A stretch of 64,000 bases of DNA from Candidatus Thorarchaeota archaeon (GCA_046482545.1 JAWOEX010000032.1:96001-160000), one strand, 5' to 3'; shown: positions 39,597 through 51,059, numbered from the stretch's first letter. Translations and numbers: made by a program. The notes: generated by a model from the letters alone, not told the origin.

Positions 39597-40352
39597 TTGG
39601 AGATTGATCTGTGGTTGCCAGATTTCACACTTGGACAATTCAATGTTGTGTTGTTTGACCTCGACTCTACCATCCTAGATACTGGGAACTACGCATCTCG
39701 CGCAAGCGAGTGGATATTGTGCCAGTCTACCGAACACTGGTCTTCCATTCTTGAGGATTTCATGATGACACTTGTCACGATGTATCATCACGAGATTGCG
39801 GAAATAGCACAGGGCGGACAATTCAAACGTCCCAGCGAGTGTGTAAGAAGTGCTCTAATTTCTGCACTTGCGAAATTTGATATTGAACCCGTTGATCAAA
39901 TTCTTAGAGAAGGTATTGATATGTTCAGAAGGCTCCACATCGAGTATGCCCGCCCTACAGACGGTCTTGTAGACGTACTAGAGTGTCTGCAGAATAACGG
40001 CACAAAGATGGCCGTCATCACAAATACGTTTCAAGGAAATGCAAGAGCCATTCTCAAGAACCTGGACATAGAACACTACTTCTCTGTCATTGCTGATAGC
40101 AGTGATTACAATGCCTTCAAACCTATGCCTGAACCATTTGAATTTGCGATGATGAAGCTCGACGTAACCAAAGAGAATGCTCTTTATGTAGGGGACGAAT
40201 TCTACGCAGATGTTGTCGGGGCAGCTCGAGCTGGGCTTTCCGTTGTTTGGATAAATAACCGGGAAGATTCGTTGAAGGAAAATCTAGAGAAGTATGGTGT
40301 TCGACCAACATTTATTATCAACTCTTTTAGCGAGCTTAAGGAATTAATCTAG
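39597..40352 (+). CDS. HAD-superfamily hydrolase
   Basis: FDLDSTI, ITN, KP, VGDEFYADVVGA. Confidence 0.9.
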   Translation: MEIDLWLPDFTLGQFNVVLFDLDSTILDTGNYASRASEWILCQSTEHWSSILEDFMMTLVTMYHHEIAEIAQGGQFKRPSECVRSALISALAKFDIEPVDQILREGIDMFRRLHIEYARPTDGLVDVLECLQNNGTKMAVITNTFQGNARAILKNLDIEHYFSVIADSSDYNAFKPMPEPFEFAMMKLDVTKENALYVGDEFYADVVGAARAGLSVVWINNREDSLKENLEKYGVRPTFIINSFSELKELI

Positions 40353-40467
40353 TAGAATGATTTCTGAATCTGTCCATCTAAATATCCCAATCCTTATTGC
40401 TAAACGAACGAACAAACAATAAATAGTAACCCACTTAACACTACATGGCTAACAAAACAGTAAGGGA

Positions 40468-40926
40468 GTGGTTGTGCTGACCAAGGAAAACGGATTTAGT
40501 GGTCCCATGAAGGCCCGGGCTGATCTAGTAGAGATGCTAATGTGCGACCCTGAAGTCACTGAAGCATTGGTGACTATAATCAAGAGCGAATTGAAAGAGA
40601 TGCAGGAAAGCGATGCCGTTTCTCAAATATCAGGTGCCTTGCATGATGCAGCAACGAGAACAGAAATTGAGAATACCAACCAAAAGAATATCCTCTACTG
40701 GCTCACTCAAACGGGATCGGATGTGAGACAGATGATTTTGGTCCAGACAATCAAATCATTGCTTGAGTATCCGGAGTGTCGGCAACCCACACTCGATGCT
40801 TTGGAGAAGATATCCTCCCGTGAAAATGTGAGTATGGTTATGGAGTGGGTAAACCGGAATATACTGACTCTGGAACAGGCCGTCTATGTGCTTCTATATC
40901 CAGAGGCTTCCTCTGCTCTGCAGTAG
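40468..40926 (+). CDS. hypothetical all-alpha protein
   Basis: 152 aa ORF with AAGGGAG upstream; no recognisable motif. Confidence 0.65.
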   Translation: MVVLTKENGFSGPMKARADLVEMLMCDPEVTEALVTIIKSELKEMQESDAVSQISGALHDAATRTEIENTNQKNILYWLTQTGSDVRQMILVQTIKSLLEYPECRQPTLDALEKISSRENVSMVMEWVNRNILTLEQAVYVLLYPEASSALQ

Positions 40927-40930
40927 GCTA

Positions 40931-41203
40931 TCAGGCGCTCACATCTGGTAGAAACTTTTTGACATGCTTCTCCCAATCTGGTTCAATCTCTAACGCCTTT
41001 TTTGCGCACTCGATTGCTTGTTTCTCTTGTCCAAGCTTGTGATGCAATTTGGCTTTGTAGTACCATGCCTTAGCGAACTCCGGGTCCATCTTGATGGCGT
41101 TTTGATATGCTTCAAGAGCTTCCTCCTCCTCCCCTTTGTTCTCTAGAACCTTTGCCTTGCCAAACCAGTCGTATTCAGTAAAATCTTCCTTCCTAGCAGC
41201 CAT
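40931..41203 (-). CDS. small TPR protein
   Basis: WFGKAKVL..EEALEAYQNAIKMDP; AWYYKAKL..AIECAKKALEIEP. Confidence 0.85.
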   Translation of the reverse strand: MAARKEDFTEYDWFGKAKVLENKGEEEEALEAYQNAIKMDPEFAKAWYYKAKLHHKLGQEKQAIECAKKALEIEPDWEKHVKKFLPDVSA

Positions 41204-41405
41204 GGGTGTTCACTCTGTTTATTACGAATTGAACCTTAATAACTGTGAAGGCAAATGAGATTATCAATTGATTTACCAAAAAGAGTCCTAAAAGCCATAA
41301 TTATCTTTTATGAGAATCTCGGGTGTTAGATAGAAACACGCGGGTTGAGATAGCCTCAAGTAGCGTTTCTTCGAGGTAGAAGTGTCTTCTCGCGTTTGAT
41401 AAACC

Positions 41406-43004
41406 TCAGTAATTGAGAGCATTATATGTAATCTTCCCCCCGAGAACAGTTAACAGGGTCTTGACATTCTTTAGATTCTCTCGGGGTATTTCCAAGGGAT
41501 TCCTATCGAGTACAACTAAATCGGCTAATTTTCCTTTTTCGATTGTTCCTTTCTTTCCCTCTTCCCATCCTGCATAAGCTCCTAGCTTCGTGTAGGCCTC
41601 AATGCCTTCTAGTGGACTGATAGCCTGTTCAGCATGTAGAACCTGTCCGCTATCCGTTTTCCGGGTGACAATCCCGTATATGCCGAGCCACGGGTTTGGC
41701 GAACAGATGGGGCAATCACTGTGACCCGGGGCTGGAATTCCCATCTCTATCAGTATTCGATGGGGCCACATCCATTGCATAGCACTTTTTCCTCTGTTCG
41801 CTTGGTAAGCATCACCCAAGTCATGAATAAAACCGGTTGCAGAAGCATCGATTACACCGAGGTTCTCGAGTCGAGATAGTATAGCAGGTGTAGCATAGCA
41901 ACAATGCTCGATTCTATGGCGATGATCTTCTCTTGGGTTCTCTTGTAGTGCTGCTTCAATTGCATCTAACGCTCTATCAATGCCCCTGTCACCAATCCCA
42001 TCGAGTCCAACTCTAAGACCAGCATCATGTGCCTTCCTTACTCTCTCGGTTATGTCATCTTGGTCGTAGAGAAGAATACCTGTGTTATCTGGCTCACCAA
42101 CATATGGCTCATAGTACGCCGCGGTACGGCCGCTGGTGCTTGTATCGAAAATCCATTCTATTTCTGTAATTTTGAGCCAGTCATCACCAAAGGGAGTTTG
42201 AATTCCCGCATCAATCAGAGCCTCCAGCATTCCCTTAGTATCCCCGGACATGTGGATACAGACTCGCAACCGGAGCCTGCCCTCCCTCCGTAGTTCTTGG
42301 AACGCTCTGAACTCCTTGGCTGTTGTCATTGAGGCATGTATTGTGGTAATCCCAAGAGTCAAGAACTCCTCCATCACCAACTCAAGCCCCTCTTTGTACT
42401 CCTCAAGAGTTGGCTCAGGGGTCTTCTCGTAAACCAGATCCTTTGCCGATTCACGCAAGACTCCAGTAGGTTGACCTTCTGCATCCCTATCGATTTTTCC
42501 ATGCGGAGGATCGGAAGTGTTTTCATCAATCATTGCGGCTTCTAATGCTAGGCTGTTGACTATGCCTATGTGGGCATCTCGCCGCTCGATGTATAATGGA
42601 TTATCGGGTGATGCTCTGTCAAGTTCTTCTAGTGTTGGATATCGGCCAAGCTTCACATCGTCCAAACGGAAACCAAGTACCCATTCGCCTGATGCTGTTT
42701 CGCTAGCTCTTTCCTTTACCCTCTTAAGGAGTTCAGACATAGACGGGGTGTCACAATCTATTCCTGTTTTAGCTATACCATACATACCCGGGTGCATGTG
42801 TGAGTCGATTAGTCCCGGAATCACTGTACGTTGCTGAAGGTCTATGATTCTAGTTTCATCCCCCACTAGCTTTACAATCTCATCATTCGAGCCAACAGCC
42901 TGTATCCTGTCGTCTTTAACGGCGATAGCTTCTGCACTAGGATTGGCTTGAGCAACTGTGACTATGTGACCGTTCGTTAGGCAAAGATCAGCGAAAAAAG
43001 GCAT
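41406..43004 (-). CDS. amidohydrolase (YtcJ-like, Amidohydro_3)
   Basis: PGLIDSHMH, GIGD, RIEH, GHSDCP, KGTIEKGKLADLVVL. Confidence 0.9.
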   Translation of the reverse strand: MPFFADLCLTNGHIVTVAQANPSAEAIAVKDDRIQAVGSNDEIVKLVGDETRIIDLQQRTVIPGLIDSHMHPGMYGIAKTGIDCDTPSMSELLKRVKERASETASGEWVLGFRLDDVKLGRYPTLEELDRASPDNPLYIERRDAHIGIVNSLALEAAMIDENTSDPPHGKIDRDAEGQPTGVLRESAKDLVYEKTPEPTLEEYKEGLELVMEEFLTLGITTIHASMTTAKEFRAFQELRREGRLRLRVCIHMSGDTKGMLEALIDAGIQTPFGDDWLKITEIEWIFDTSTSGRTAAYYEPYVGEPDNTGILLYDQDDITERVRKAHDAGLRVGLDGIGDRGIDRALDAIEAALQENPREDHRHRIEHCCYATPAILSRLENLGVIDASATGFIHDLGDAYQANRGKSAMQWMWPHRILIEMGIPAPGHSDCPICSPNPWLGIYGIVTRKTDSGQVLHAEQAISPLEGIEAYTKLGAYAGWEEGKKGTIEKGKLADLVVLDRNPLEIPRENLKNVKTLLTVLGGKITYNALNY

Positions 43005-43282
43005 ACATTTCAGATACCCATTTGGAGTTTAACTCTTGCCTTTCTTGTGGCCCTGTGCAAAAAGTCATACCAACATATCGGAGTGACTCATCTTATTGTT
43101 CCTGATTGTTAGGATTCGTGCATTTGAATAGCGAATTGACTACTTATTTTGTCTTCTCACACTGATTCCGGCGACTTTTTACACAGAGCCCTTTCTTGTA
43201 CTGATTCTGACCAATTCCATTGAAAGCCTTTATATCCAACTTACATTGAACTGACGTCTGAGATTGAACCGAGGTCGATTCT

Positions 43283-43675
43283 TTGAATTCACGAAAGATT
43301 CGCGTGCTCATAGCTAAGCCGGGTCTAGATGGCCACGACCGGGGCGCCAAAGTAGTTGCAAGAGCTTTGCGGGATGCTGGCATGGAGGTAATTTATACTG
43401 GCCTGCGACAGACACCAGAGATGATTGTAGAGTCCGCTCTGCAAGAAGACGTTGATTGCATAGGACTAAGTATTCTGAGTGGCGCGCACAATGCTCTCTT
43501 CCCTAAGGTGACCAAGCTTCTGAAAGAGAAAGATGCGGATGATATACTGGTCATTGGTGGGGGTATCATACCTGAGGATGACATCCCTGGTTTGAAGGAT
43601 GCAGGGATTGCTGAGATATTCGGACCCGGTACTCCCTTGGTAGAGATTGCTGAGTACATCAGGTCCCATGTATAG
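43283..43675 (+). CDS. acyl-CoA mutase small (cobalamin-binding) subunit
   Basis: [11 protein letters not shown] (DxHxxG), SILSGAH, GGGIIP. Confidence 0.95.
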   Translation: MNSRKIRVLIAKPGLDGHDRGAKVVARALRDAGMEVIYTGLRQTPEMIVESALQEDVDCIGLSILSGAHNALFPKVTKLLKEKDADDILVIGGGIIPEDDIPGLKDAGIAEIFGPGTPLVEIAEYIRSHV

Positions 43676-43704
43676 TACAGTATCTTATTGATGAGGTAGG
43701 CTAG

Positions 43705-44664
43705 TTGTCTGCTACTAAGTTGGTTAAAGGAGTCCTGAATGGCGAGCAAAGGGCATTGGCACGCTTGATTACCTTGATTGAAAATGAGGAGCCAATTGCC
43801 CAAGACGCCCTTAGTCAGCTGTATGGGCATACAGGTGAAGCTCATATTGTTGGTGTTACTGGGCCTCCTGGGTCAGGTAAGAGTACACTTGTCAACAAAC
43901 TAACAACTGTTTATCGAGACCGGGGCAAAACGCTTGGGATTATCTGTGTGGATCCTTCAAGTCCGTTCTCTGGTGGCGCGCTCCTTGGCGACCGAATTAG
44001 AATGCAGAAGCATACACTAGACGACAAAGTCTTCGTCCGGAGTATGGGAACACGAGGGCACCTAGGAGGGCTCTCAAGGGCAACATCAGATGCTGTTCGT
44101 GCGTTGGACGCTTTCGGAAAAGAAATTGTCATCGTCGAGACAGTTGGTGCTGGGCAGTCTGAGGTAGAAGTCATCGAGATAGCTCATACAGTCGTTGTTA
44201 CGGATGTTCCTGGAAGTGGGGACGACATTCAAGCAATCAAGGCTGGAATAATGGAGATTGCTGACATCTTTGTTGTTAACAAGTCTGACTTGCCAGGTGC
44301 CGATAAGAAGGTAGTTGAGCTCAATGCCATGCTAGACATTGCTCCCGAGGATGAGGAATGGAGACCCCCTGTGTTGAAGACTAACTCGCGAACGGGAGAG
44401 GGGGTTGAACAGCTAGTTGAAAAAATCGGTGAGCATATGCGATATCTGAAGGCAACTGGCCTTCTTGAAGAGAAAGGGCTTGAACGGAGCCGAGAAGAGT
44501 TGGAAGATATCATGGAATACAAGCTAACTCAAGAGCTTCTCGGGAAACTGCGTGGTAGCGCTGAGTACGAGGAAGCCATCACGAAAATTGCGAAACGTGA
44601 TAACGACCCTTACACTATAGCGGAGAAATTGATTGTGAAGTTTCTTGCACAACAGGAGAAATAG
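43705..44664 (+). CDS. meaB: methylmalonyl-CoA mutase-associated GTPase (MeaB/ArgK)
   Basis: GPPGSGKST, DPSSPFSGGALLGDRIRM, ETVGAGQSE, NKSD. Confidence 0.93.
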   Translation: MSATKLVKGVLNGEQRALARLITLIENEEPIAQDALSQLYGHTGEAHIVGVTGPPGSGKSTLVNKLTTVYRDRGKTLGIICVDPSSPFSGGALLGDRIRMQKHTLDDKVFVRSMGTRGHLGGLSRATSDAVRALDAFGKEIVIVETVGAGQSEVEVIEIAHTVVVTDVPGSGDDIQAIKAGIMEIADIFVVNKSDLPGADKKVVELNAMLDIAPEDEEWRPPVLKTNSRTGEGVEQLVEKIGEHMRYLKATGLLEEKGLERSREELEDIMEYKLTQELLGKLRGSAEYEEAITKIAKRDNDPYTIAEKLIVKFLAQQEK

Positions 44665-46344
44665 GTGGTATCATTGGAGGATGATGAAATAAACCAGCAA
44701 TACAAGGAGTGGCAGGAAGGTCCCGTCAAGAAGACAGTCAATCGGTTTCCTGAGCGGAAGGAGAATTTTTCTACAGACTCAGACATACCCATTAACCGCC
44801 TCTACACACCCATGGACATCAAAGACATTGATTACTCGGAAGACTTGGGGTTTCCAGGACAGTTTCCGTATACGCGAGGGGTCTACACAACCATGTACCG
44901 GGGCAGACTCTGGACCATGCGACAATACAGTGGGTTCGGAACAGCCCAAGAAACCAATCAAAGATTCAAGTTCCTGCTTGAGCAGGGACAGACTGGATTA
45001 TCTGTAGCTTTTGACTTACCAACACAGGTCGGCTATGATTCTGATCATCCTCTTGCAGAGGGCGAAGTCGGTAAGGTTGGTGTGGCAATCGACTCCTTGG
45101 CCGATATGGAAATTCTGTTCGCTGGCATCCCATTAGATGAAGTTAGTACCTCCATGACTATCAATGCTCCTGCAGCCATACTCTTGGCTATGTATGTGGC
45201 ACTGGCAGAGAAACAGGATGTTGCAATGGAGAATCTAAGGGGAACCATACAGAACGACATTCTCAAGGAGTATGTGGCAAGAGGGACATACATCTTCCCA
45301 CCAGAACCGTCAATGCGGTTGATTACCGATGTTTTCGAATATTGTTCAGAACACATGCCCCTCTGGAACACCATTTCAATCAGCGGCTATCATATTCGAG
45401 AAGCAGGCTCAACATCTGTTCAAGAAATAGCCTTCACGCTTGCTAATGGCATTGCCTATGTAGAGGCTGCTCTGGATGCGGGTCTTGATGTTGATAGATT
45501 TGCTTCTCGCCTTTCGTTTTTCTTTGGTTCTCATAGTCGCTTTTTTGAGGAAATAGCCAAGTTCCGTGCTGCGCGTCGTCTTTGGGCTCGCATAATGAAA
45601 GATAGATTTGGTGCCAAGGACGACAAATCATGTAGGTTACGATTTCACACGCAGACAGCTGGTTGTACCCTTACAGCTCAACAACCAGATAATAACATTG
45701 TCCGGGTAACTCTTCAGGCACTCCAAGGTGTGCTGGGCGGAACGCAATCTCTCCACACAAACTCGAGAGATGAAGCCTTGTCACTACCAACTGAAGAATC
45801 TGTCCAGATTGCTCTGAGAACTCAGCAGATTATAGCACATGAAACTGGTGTAGCTGATACAATTGATCCACTGGCAGGGTCTTACTTCGTTGAAACCTTG
45901 ACGAACTGCATAGAAGAAAACGCACGGGAATACCTGCGTCAAATCGATGATATGGGTGGGTCACCAGCAGCAATACAGAAAGGCTTCATTCAGCGAGAAA
46001 TTAGTGAAAGTGCATACAAACATCAACAAGAAGTCGATCACGGCGAGTGTATAGTTGTTGGTGTGAATGAGTTCACCGTAGATGAGGAACAAAAATTCGA
46101 CTACCTGCGTGTTGATCCAGAAGTGGAGCAACAACAGGTACGGCGACTGAAAAAGCTACGTAACAACCGTGATGAAAGAACCGTCAGAGATGCGCTTGAC
46201 AGTCTCCGGAATGCAGCTCGGGGTGATGATAATCTAATGCCTCCAATACTTAGTGCTGTCAGAAGATACGCTACCCTTGGAGAAATCTGTTCTGTTCTTC
46301 GTGATGAGTTTGGCGAATACCAAAGTCCAGAAACAATGAGGTAA
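44665..46344 (+). CDS. methylmalonyl-CoA mutase large subunit
   Basis: [37 protein letters not shown]. Confidence 0.93.
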   Translation: MVSLEDDEINQQYKEWQEGPVKKTVNRFPERKENFSTDSDIPINRLYTPMDIKDIDYSEDLGFPGQFPYTRGVYTTMYRGRLWTMRQYSGFGTAQETNQRFKFLLEQGQTGLSVAFDLPTQVGYDSDHPLAEGEVGKVGVAIDSLADMEILFAGIPLDEVSTSMTINAPAAILLAMYVALAEKQDVAMENLRGTIQNDILKEYVARGTYIFPPEPSMRLITDVFEYCSEHMPLWNTISISGYHIREAGSTSVQEIAFTLANGIAYVEAALDAGLDVDRFASRLSFFFGSHSRFFEEIAKFRAARRLWARIMKDRFGAKDDKSCRLRFHTQTAGCTLTAQQPDNNIVRVTLQALQGVLGGTQSLHTNSRDEALSLPTEESVQIALRTQQIIAHETGVADTIDPLAGSYFVETLTNCIEENAREYLRQIDDMGGSPAAIQKGFIQREISESAYKHQQEVDHGECIVVGVNEFTVDEEQKFDYLRVDPEVEQQQVRRLKKLRNNRDERTVRDALDSLRNAARGDDNLMPPILSAVRRYATLGEICSVLRDEFGEYQSPETMR

Positions 46345-46350
46345 CAGAAG

Positions 46351-46758
46351 ATGAAACCAGAAATGATAGACCACATTGGAATTGCTGTAGAACGCATAGA
46401 GAAGTGGATTCCTTACTATCGGGACACACTCGGAATGAATTATCTTGGTTCAGAGGAGGTTTCGGGCCAAAAGGTGCGTGTCGCCTTTTTTGAGATTGGT
46501 GAGAGTCGAATAGAACTTTTAGAACCCACATCGAAAAAAAGCCCTATTGCACGATTCCTTTCGAAAAGGGGATCAGGCATGCATCACATTGCAGTACGCG
46601 TTGATGATATCGATAACGCCATCGAAGATTTGGTTGTAGATGAAACGAGAATGATTGACAGTAAGGCACGCTCGGGTGCACACGGCATGAAGATAGCTTT
46701 CGTTCATCCAAAATCAACCGGCGGTGTCCTTCTAGAGCTCTGTGAGCATACAGAATAG
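46351..46758 (+). CDS. mce: methylmalonyl-CoA epimerase
   Basis: DHIGIAV, IELLEP, HHIA, FVHPKSTGGVLLEL. Confidence 0.93.
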   Translation: MKPEMIDHIGIAVERIEKWIPYYRDTLGMNYLGSEEVSGQKVRVAFFEIGESRIELLEPTSKKSPIARFLSKRGSGMHHIAVRVDDIDNAIEDLVVDETRMIDSKARSGAHGMKIAFVHPKSTGGVLLELCEHTE

Positions 46759-46769
46759 ACATGCATGGT

Positions 46770-47807
46770 CTAGCTCAGGACTGCTTTGATTACGTCAGCT
46801 GTTTTGATGATGCCGTCTCTGCTTACCATCCTGTTGGTAACGAATCGTACTCGTGCTCCATATCCGCCGTAGACAAGTACACCCTCCTTTTCTAATGCTT
46901 TAGAGAATTCCATCGAGTTCATATCGTAGGCGCTGAGGTCTACGAAGATGATGTTGGTATCGGGCTCGGTAACAGCCAAATCGGGAATTTCTGACAAGCG
47001 ATCATAGAGCAGTCTTGCGTTCTCATGATCTTTCTTGAGTCTATCAACCATCTTCTCGATAGCAATCAATCCAGGAGCCGCTATGATGCCCGCTTGTCTC
47101 ATACCTCCTCCCAAACGCTTCCTAATCCTGATTGCCTCATGTATGAATTCTTCTGTGCCTGCTATGATTGAGCCAACAGGTGCTGATAGCCCTTTGCTCA
47201 AACAGATTTGAACACTATCAACGGAATCAACAAGTTTTCTTGCGGGCACTCCAAGGGCAACTGCCGCATTGAACAACCGTGCTCCATCGCAATGAACCTT
47301 CAAACCATGTTCACGGGCAACCTTAGCAAGGGCTTCCACTTGCTGAGGTGTTACAACCACACCCCCTGCATAGTTGTGCGTATTTTCAACGACAACTAGC
47401 TGCGACTCGGGATAGTGTGGGTCATCCGCTCTAATTGCTCCCTCCAGAGTTTCTGGTTCGATGTAGCCTTTGTTACCTTCAACCGGTTTCGGGAATAGAC
47501 CACCAAGCGAGGACATTGCTCCTGCCTCGAAGAGGAAGGTATGACTATTCTCCTCAACTACTACCTCACCTCCGCGGGTCGTTTGTCCAAGAAGCGAAAT
47601 TACGTTACCTTGCGTACCTGATGTAACAAGCAAGGCGTCTTCCTTCCCAAGGGTTTTCGCGGCCTTTTCCTGCAGTTCATTTACCACTTCATCCTCGCCT
47701 ATGACATCATCTCCAAACTTCCCAGCTTCATGGGCTTGGACGACTGCATCAATCATCTCATCTGTCGGTTTCGTGATTGTATCGCTTCGAAGATCTATCT
47801 GCAACAT
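46770..47807 (-). CDS. ltaE: low-specificity L-threonine aldolase
   Basis: DLRSDT, SGTQGN, ENTHN, HCDGARLFNA, CLSKGL, GGGMRQ. Confidence 0.92.
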   Translation of the reverse strand: MLQIDLRSDTITKPTDEMIDAVVQAHEAGKFGDDVIGEDEVVNELQEKAAKTLGKEDALLVTSGTQGNVISLLGQTTRGGEVVVEENSHTFLFEAGAMSSLGGLFPKPVEGNKGYIEPETLEGAIRADDPHYPESQLVVVENTHNYAGGVVVTPQQVEALAKVAREHGLKVHCDGARLFNAAVALGVPARKLVDSVDSVQICLSKGLSAPVGSIIAGTEEFIHEAIRIRKRLGGGMRQAGIIAAPGLIAIEKMVDRLKKDHENARLLYDRLSEIPDLAVTEPDTNIIFVDLSAYDMNSMEFSKALEKEGVLVYGGYGARVRFVTNRMVSRDGIIKTADVIKAVLS

Positions 47808-47923
47808 GTTCGTTGGAAGGATGAAACCGAGATATAGGTCTGTGGTTTTGCTGTTTTGATAATGCATAAAGGTTATACGCCTTTTTGTGCACAAGCGCGA
47901 TTTTGCAGGGTGGTGCCTAGGAC

Positions 47924-49210
47924 TTGACGGTTGATGATGAACTTGGATACTTGGAAAAAATCAAGCTGTTTCAAAAAGATGCTAAGCTCTACATCTTTTC
48001 GAGAGTTGCAGGCACTCTCGGCTATGGAATCAGCAATGTAATCTTCAATCTGTATATGATAGAAGCAGGTTTTGGAGAAGATTTCCTCGGATTCTTCCTT
48101 TCAATTTCGATGTTTGCAACGGCCGGTATCGCGATTGCTGCTGGCATGATTACTGATCGAAGAAGTAGAAAGCGTACTCTATTGGTCGCGAGCTTTGTAT
48201 CTTTTCTTTCAATAACAATACAATACACCGCACTTCAACCGTATATTCTTCTCTCTTCTCAGGTTCTATTGGGGTTCTCGCAGGCCTTCAGCCAAGTTGC
48301 AATGTCGCCTTACGTTAGTGACATATCTACAGAAAGAGAAAGAGCACATCTATTTGGTTTCAGTGGCGGAATGTCGCTACTTGCGGTACTTGGAGGGAAT
48401 ATATTCGGTGGGTTTATTCCGGGGATGCTGAGAGACTTGGGCCTTGCAGTGAATATTTTCTGGTCCTATCGCTTCACTCTGTGGTTTAGCCTTATTCCCA
48501 TCGGCATTTCGGTTATCGCCCTCATACCGATGACCCCCGATCAACCACAGGAATCTGAACAGAGACTTGGTTTTGAAAACGTAAGGAACTGGGACTTCAT
48601 TGGGAAGTATACCATCGCCACAAGCACAATAGGGCTTGGTGCCGGCGTAATTGTGATGTACTTCAATTTGTATTTCAAGCAGGTATTCCAAGCTGACGAG
48701 GCAACAATCGGTCTGATTTTCGCTATTAATACCATTTTGCTCTCTGCAGGACAATTCTCTGCTCCTGCTCTCGCAGACCGAATAGGCAAAGTAAAGGCAG
48801 TGATTCTTACCGAAGCTCTCTCTATACCCTTCCTACTGATGCTTGGATGGGCACCAATTCTATACATTGGTGTTATAGCGTATGTATCTCGTACAGTTTT
48901 GATGAATATGGCGGGTCCCGTAAGCAACGCTTTCTTCATGGAGGGATTGACTAAAAAAGAACGAGCTACTGCTGTTGGTGTGACGCGCACAGGAGATTCC
49001 TTTGTTCGGGGAGTGGCTGCGATAATTGGTGGATGGCTACTGGCGAAAGGTCTTTACAGGATACCTTATGTACTGGTTTCTGTTCTATACATGCTTGGCG
49101 TTATATTGTTCTATAACTTCTTCAGAGGAAAAGAAGATGAACTGAAGACCATGCGTAAGGCAAAAATACAGCGGGACGAGAAAGCCCCGAAGACTCCTGA
49201 TGTCACATAA
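47924..49210 (+). CDS. MFS transporter
   Basis: About 12 TM helices; GMITDRRSRK and ALADRIGK motif A copies. Confidence 0.9.
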   Translation: MTVDDELGYLEKIKLFQKDAKLYIFSRVAGTLGYGISNVIFNLYMIEAGFGEDFLGFFLSISMFATAGIAIAAGMITDRRSRKRTLLVASFVSFLSITIQYTALQPYILLSSQVLLGFSQAFSQVAMSPYVSDISTERERAHLFGFSGGMSLLAVLGGNIFGGFIPGMLRDLGLAVNIFWSYRFTLWFSLIPIGISVIALIPMTPDQPQESEQRLGFENVRNWDFIGKYTIATSTIGLGAGVIVMYFNLYFKQVFQADEATIGLIFAINTILLSAGQFSAPALADRIGKVKAVILTEALSIPFLLMLGWAPILYIGVIAYVSRTVLMNMAGPVSNAFFMEGLTKKERATAVGVTRTGDSFVRGVAAIIGGWLLAKGLYRIPYVLVSVLYMLGVILFYNFFRGKEDELKTMRKAKIQRDEKAPKTPDVT

Positions 49211-49286
49211 CCGTCCCCTATAGCTGAATATGAGTTATAACCGGATTTGATGTATCTATTGAAGTCCAGTGTGGGGAATATGTCCA

Positions 49287-50642
49287 ATGCCAGAGGAATC
49301 TGACTTGCTTATGTGTGCACTACAGAATCTTACTGTAGGTGTGGCAGTTCTTGATGGCAAAGGTCGAGTTATTTTTGCCAATGAGATGCTGGCTTCCATG
49401 TTAGATATAGCGCACGATGAACTCAAGGGTTCCACTTTCCCCCACATTGAGGCTTTGGAAAAAACAGCACCCACACAATTCAGGGCTGTAAACCGAGATG
49501 GCGATGAAAGAACACTCATGGCATCCGTATCGCCTATGGAGAGGGACAAGCACGACGTTTCGCCTCTCTTGGTTACCGTTAATGATGTAACAGAACAAAA
49601 GAAGAAAGAATACTCCCTACAACAGATGGTTCATGAGATTGTTTGCTTCCGAAATGTTGCCCAACTCTTTTCGCAAACAGATACACCTCTCGAACATGTT
49701 CTGAATACATTTGTACACATGATTCCAGAGGGGTGGGAGTACCCTAGCATTACTGCTGCTAGCGTTAAGCTTGGAGAAACAGTAGTTAGTTCTGCGAATT
49801 ACGTCGATACCGAATGGAAGCAGACTTCCAAGTTCTCCTATGGAGATGGACTAAACGGCACACTAGAAGTATGTTACCTTGAGAAACAACCTACAGTTGA
49901 TGAAGGCCCATTCAGCAATGAGCAACGGATGCTGATTGAAACCCTTGCGAATGAACTTGAGCGCTATATCCAACGGAAACGAAACGAGGATATCAGGCGC
50001 CAACAGCACCGTGAGCTAGAAACATACTCGAAGTTACTACGTCATGATTTGAGAAATGACCTTTCAGTGATTATTGGGAATCATGAAATCCTTGAAATGC
50101 TCCTCACCTCCCCAGACGAAATGCTGAAGGAAGTGCTGTCTTCTTCGGAAGCTGTATTCGAACGTATGATGAGTCTGCTCAAGGCCTTTGGAAGATCTGC
50201 AGAATCTATCGAACGACATGTTGCCACACTATTACGTGATGTTGCTTCTCAAGCAGAGAGAGCCCATTCGAACATATGTATTGATTTCAACATTGATAAA
50301 GAGGCCAAAGACCTTAGAATTGCTGGAAGTCGGCTTCTTCCGATGGTCTTTGAGAATCTGTTCAGAAACTCGGCTGTGCATGCCGGTGAAAATCCCCACA
50401 TTGATGTAATGTTATCCCGGGAAGGAAACAATGCAAAGATTGTTTTCACTGATGATGGACCTGGAATATCGGAAGAAATACAAGATAGGCTTTTCGAGAA
50501 GGGAGTCTCAACCCGGGGTGGGGGGCTTGGTCTTTATCTTTCAAAGCAAGTTATCGAAGCAACTGATGGCTCCATTGAATTAATGGACTCTAGAGAAGAC
50601 TCAGGGGCTTCTTTTAGAATTCTCGTTCCTATATCAGTATAG
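49287..50642 (+). CDS. PAS-domain sensor histidine kinase
   Basis: PAS (VAVLDGKGRVIFAN), H-box RHDLRN, N-box ENLFRNS, DDGPG, GGLGL. Confidence 0.9.
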   Translation: MPEESDLLMCALQNLTVGVAVLDGKGRVIFANEMLASMLDIAHDELKGSTFPHIEALEKTAPTQFRAVNRDGDERTLMASVSPMERDKHDVSPLLVTVNDVTEQKKKEYSLQQMVHEIVCFRNVAQLFSQTDTPLEHVLNTFVHMIPEGWEYPSITAASVKLGETVVSSANYVDTEWKQTSKFSYGDGLNGTLEVCYLEKQPTVDEGPFSNEQRMLIETLANELERYIQRKRNEDIRRQQHRELETYSKLLRHDLRNDLSVIIGNHEILEMLLTSPDEMLKEVLSSSEAVFERMMSLLKAFGRSAESIERHVATLLRDVASQAERAHSNICIDFNIDKEAKDLRIAGSRLLPMVFENLFRNSAVHAGENPHIDVMLSREGNNAKIVFTDDGPGISEEIQDRLFEKGVSTRGGGLGLYLSKQVIEATDGSIELMDSREDSGASFRILVPISV

Positions 50643-50695
50643 CCGCACTGACTGTTGGTATGGTACGGGCATTATTAACAGTAGAAATAACCAAA

Positions 50696-51058
50696 TCATT
50701 CAGATACATACTTCTCAATGGCTTCAAAGAGCTGAGCACTACGAATCGGTTTGGTCAGAAAACCCACTGCGCCAGCTTCCATGGCTGCTGGTCTGATCGA
50801 TTCATCAGCGCTAACGAATAGAACTTTGGTGTTGTTATCCCTCTCTAGGATTTCGCGAGTAGCAGCAGCACCTCTCATCACTGGCATACGTTCGTCCATC
50901 AGAATGATATCTGGCTTCTCTTCCAATGCAACAAACTTCTCTACTGCTTCTGCTCCGTTATGAGCATGACCAACGACTTCGTGTCCCCTGAGCTCTATAA
51001 TACGTTCGAGCACTTTGTGAATGAATTTGTCATCATCTACAATCAAAACGCTTACCAT
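50696..51058 (-). CDS. stand-alone response regulator receiver
   Basis: VDDD, LMDERMP, VSA, KP. Confidence 0.93.
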   Translation of the reverse strand: MVSVLIVDDDKFIHKVLERIIELRGHEVVGHAHNGAEAVEKFVALEEKPDIILMDERMPVMRGAAATREILERDNNTKVLFVSADESIRPAAMEAGAVGFLTKPIRSAQLFEAIEKYVSE

Positions 51059-51059
51059 A

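Noticed and set aside
43010-43282. Cobalamin riboswitch upstream of the mutase operon
   Set aside because: No B12-box or other conserved riboswitch motif seen.
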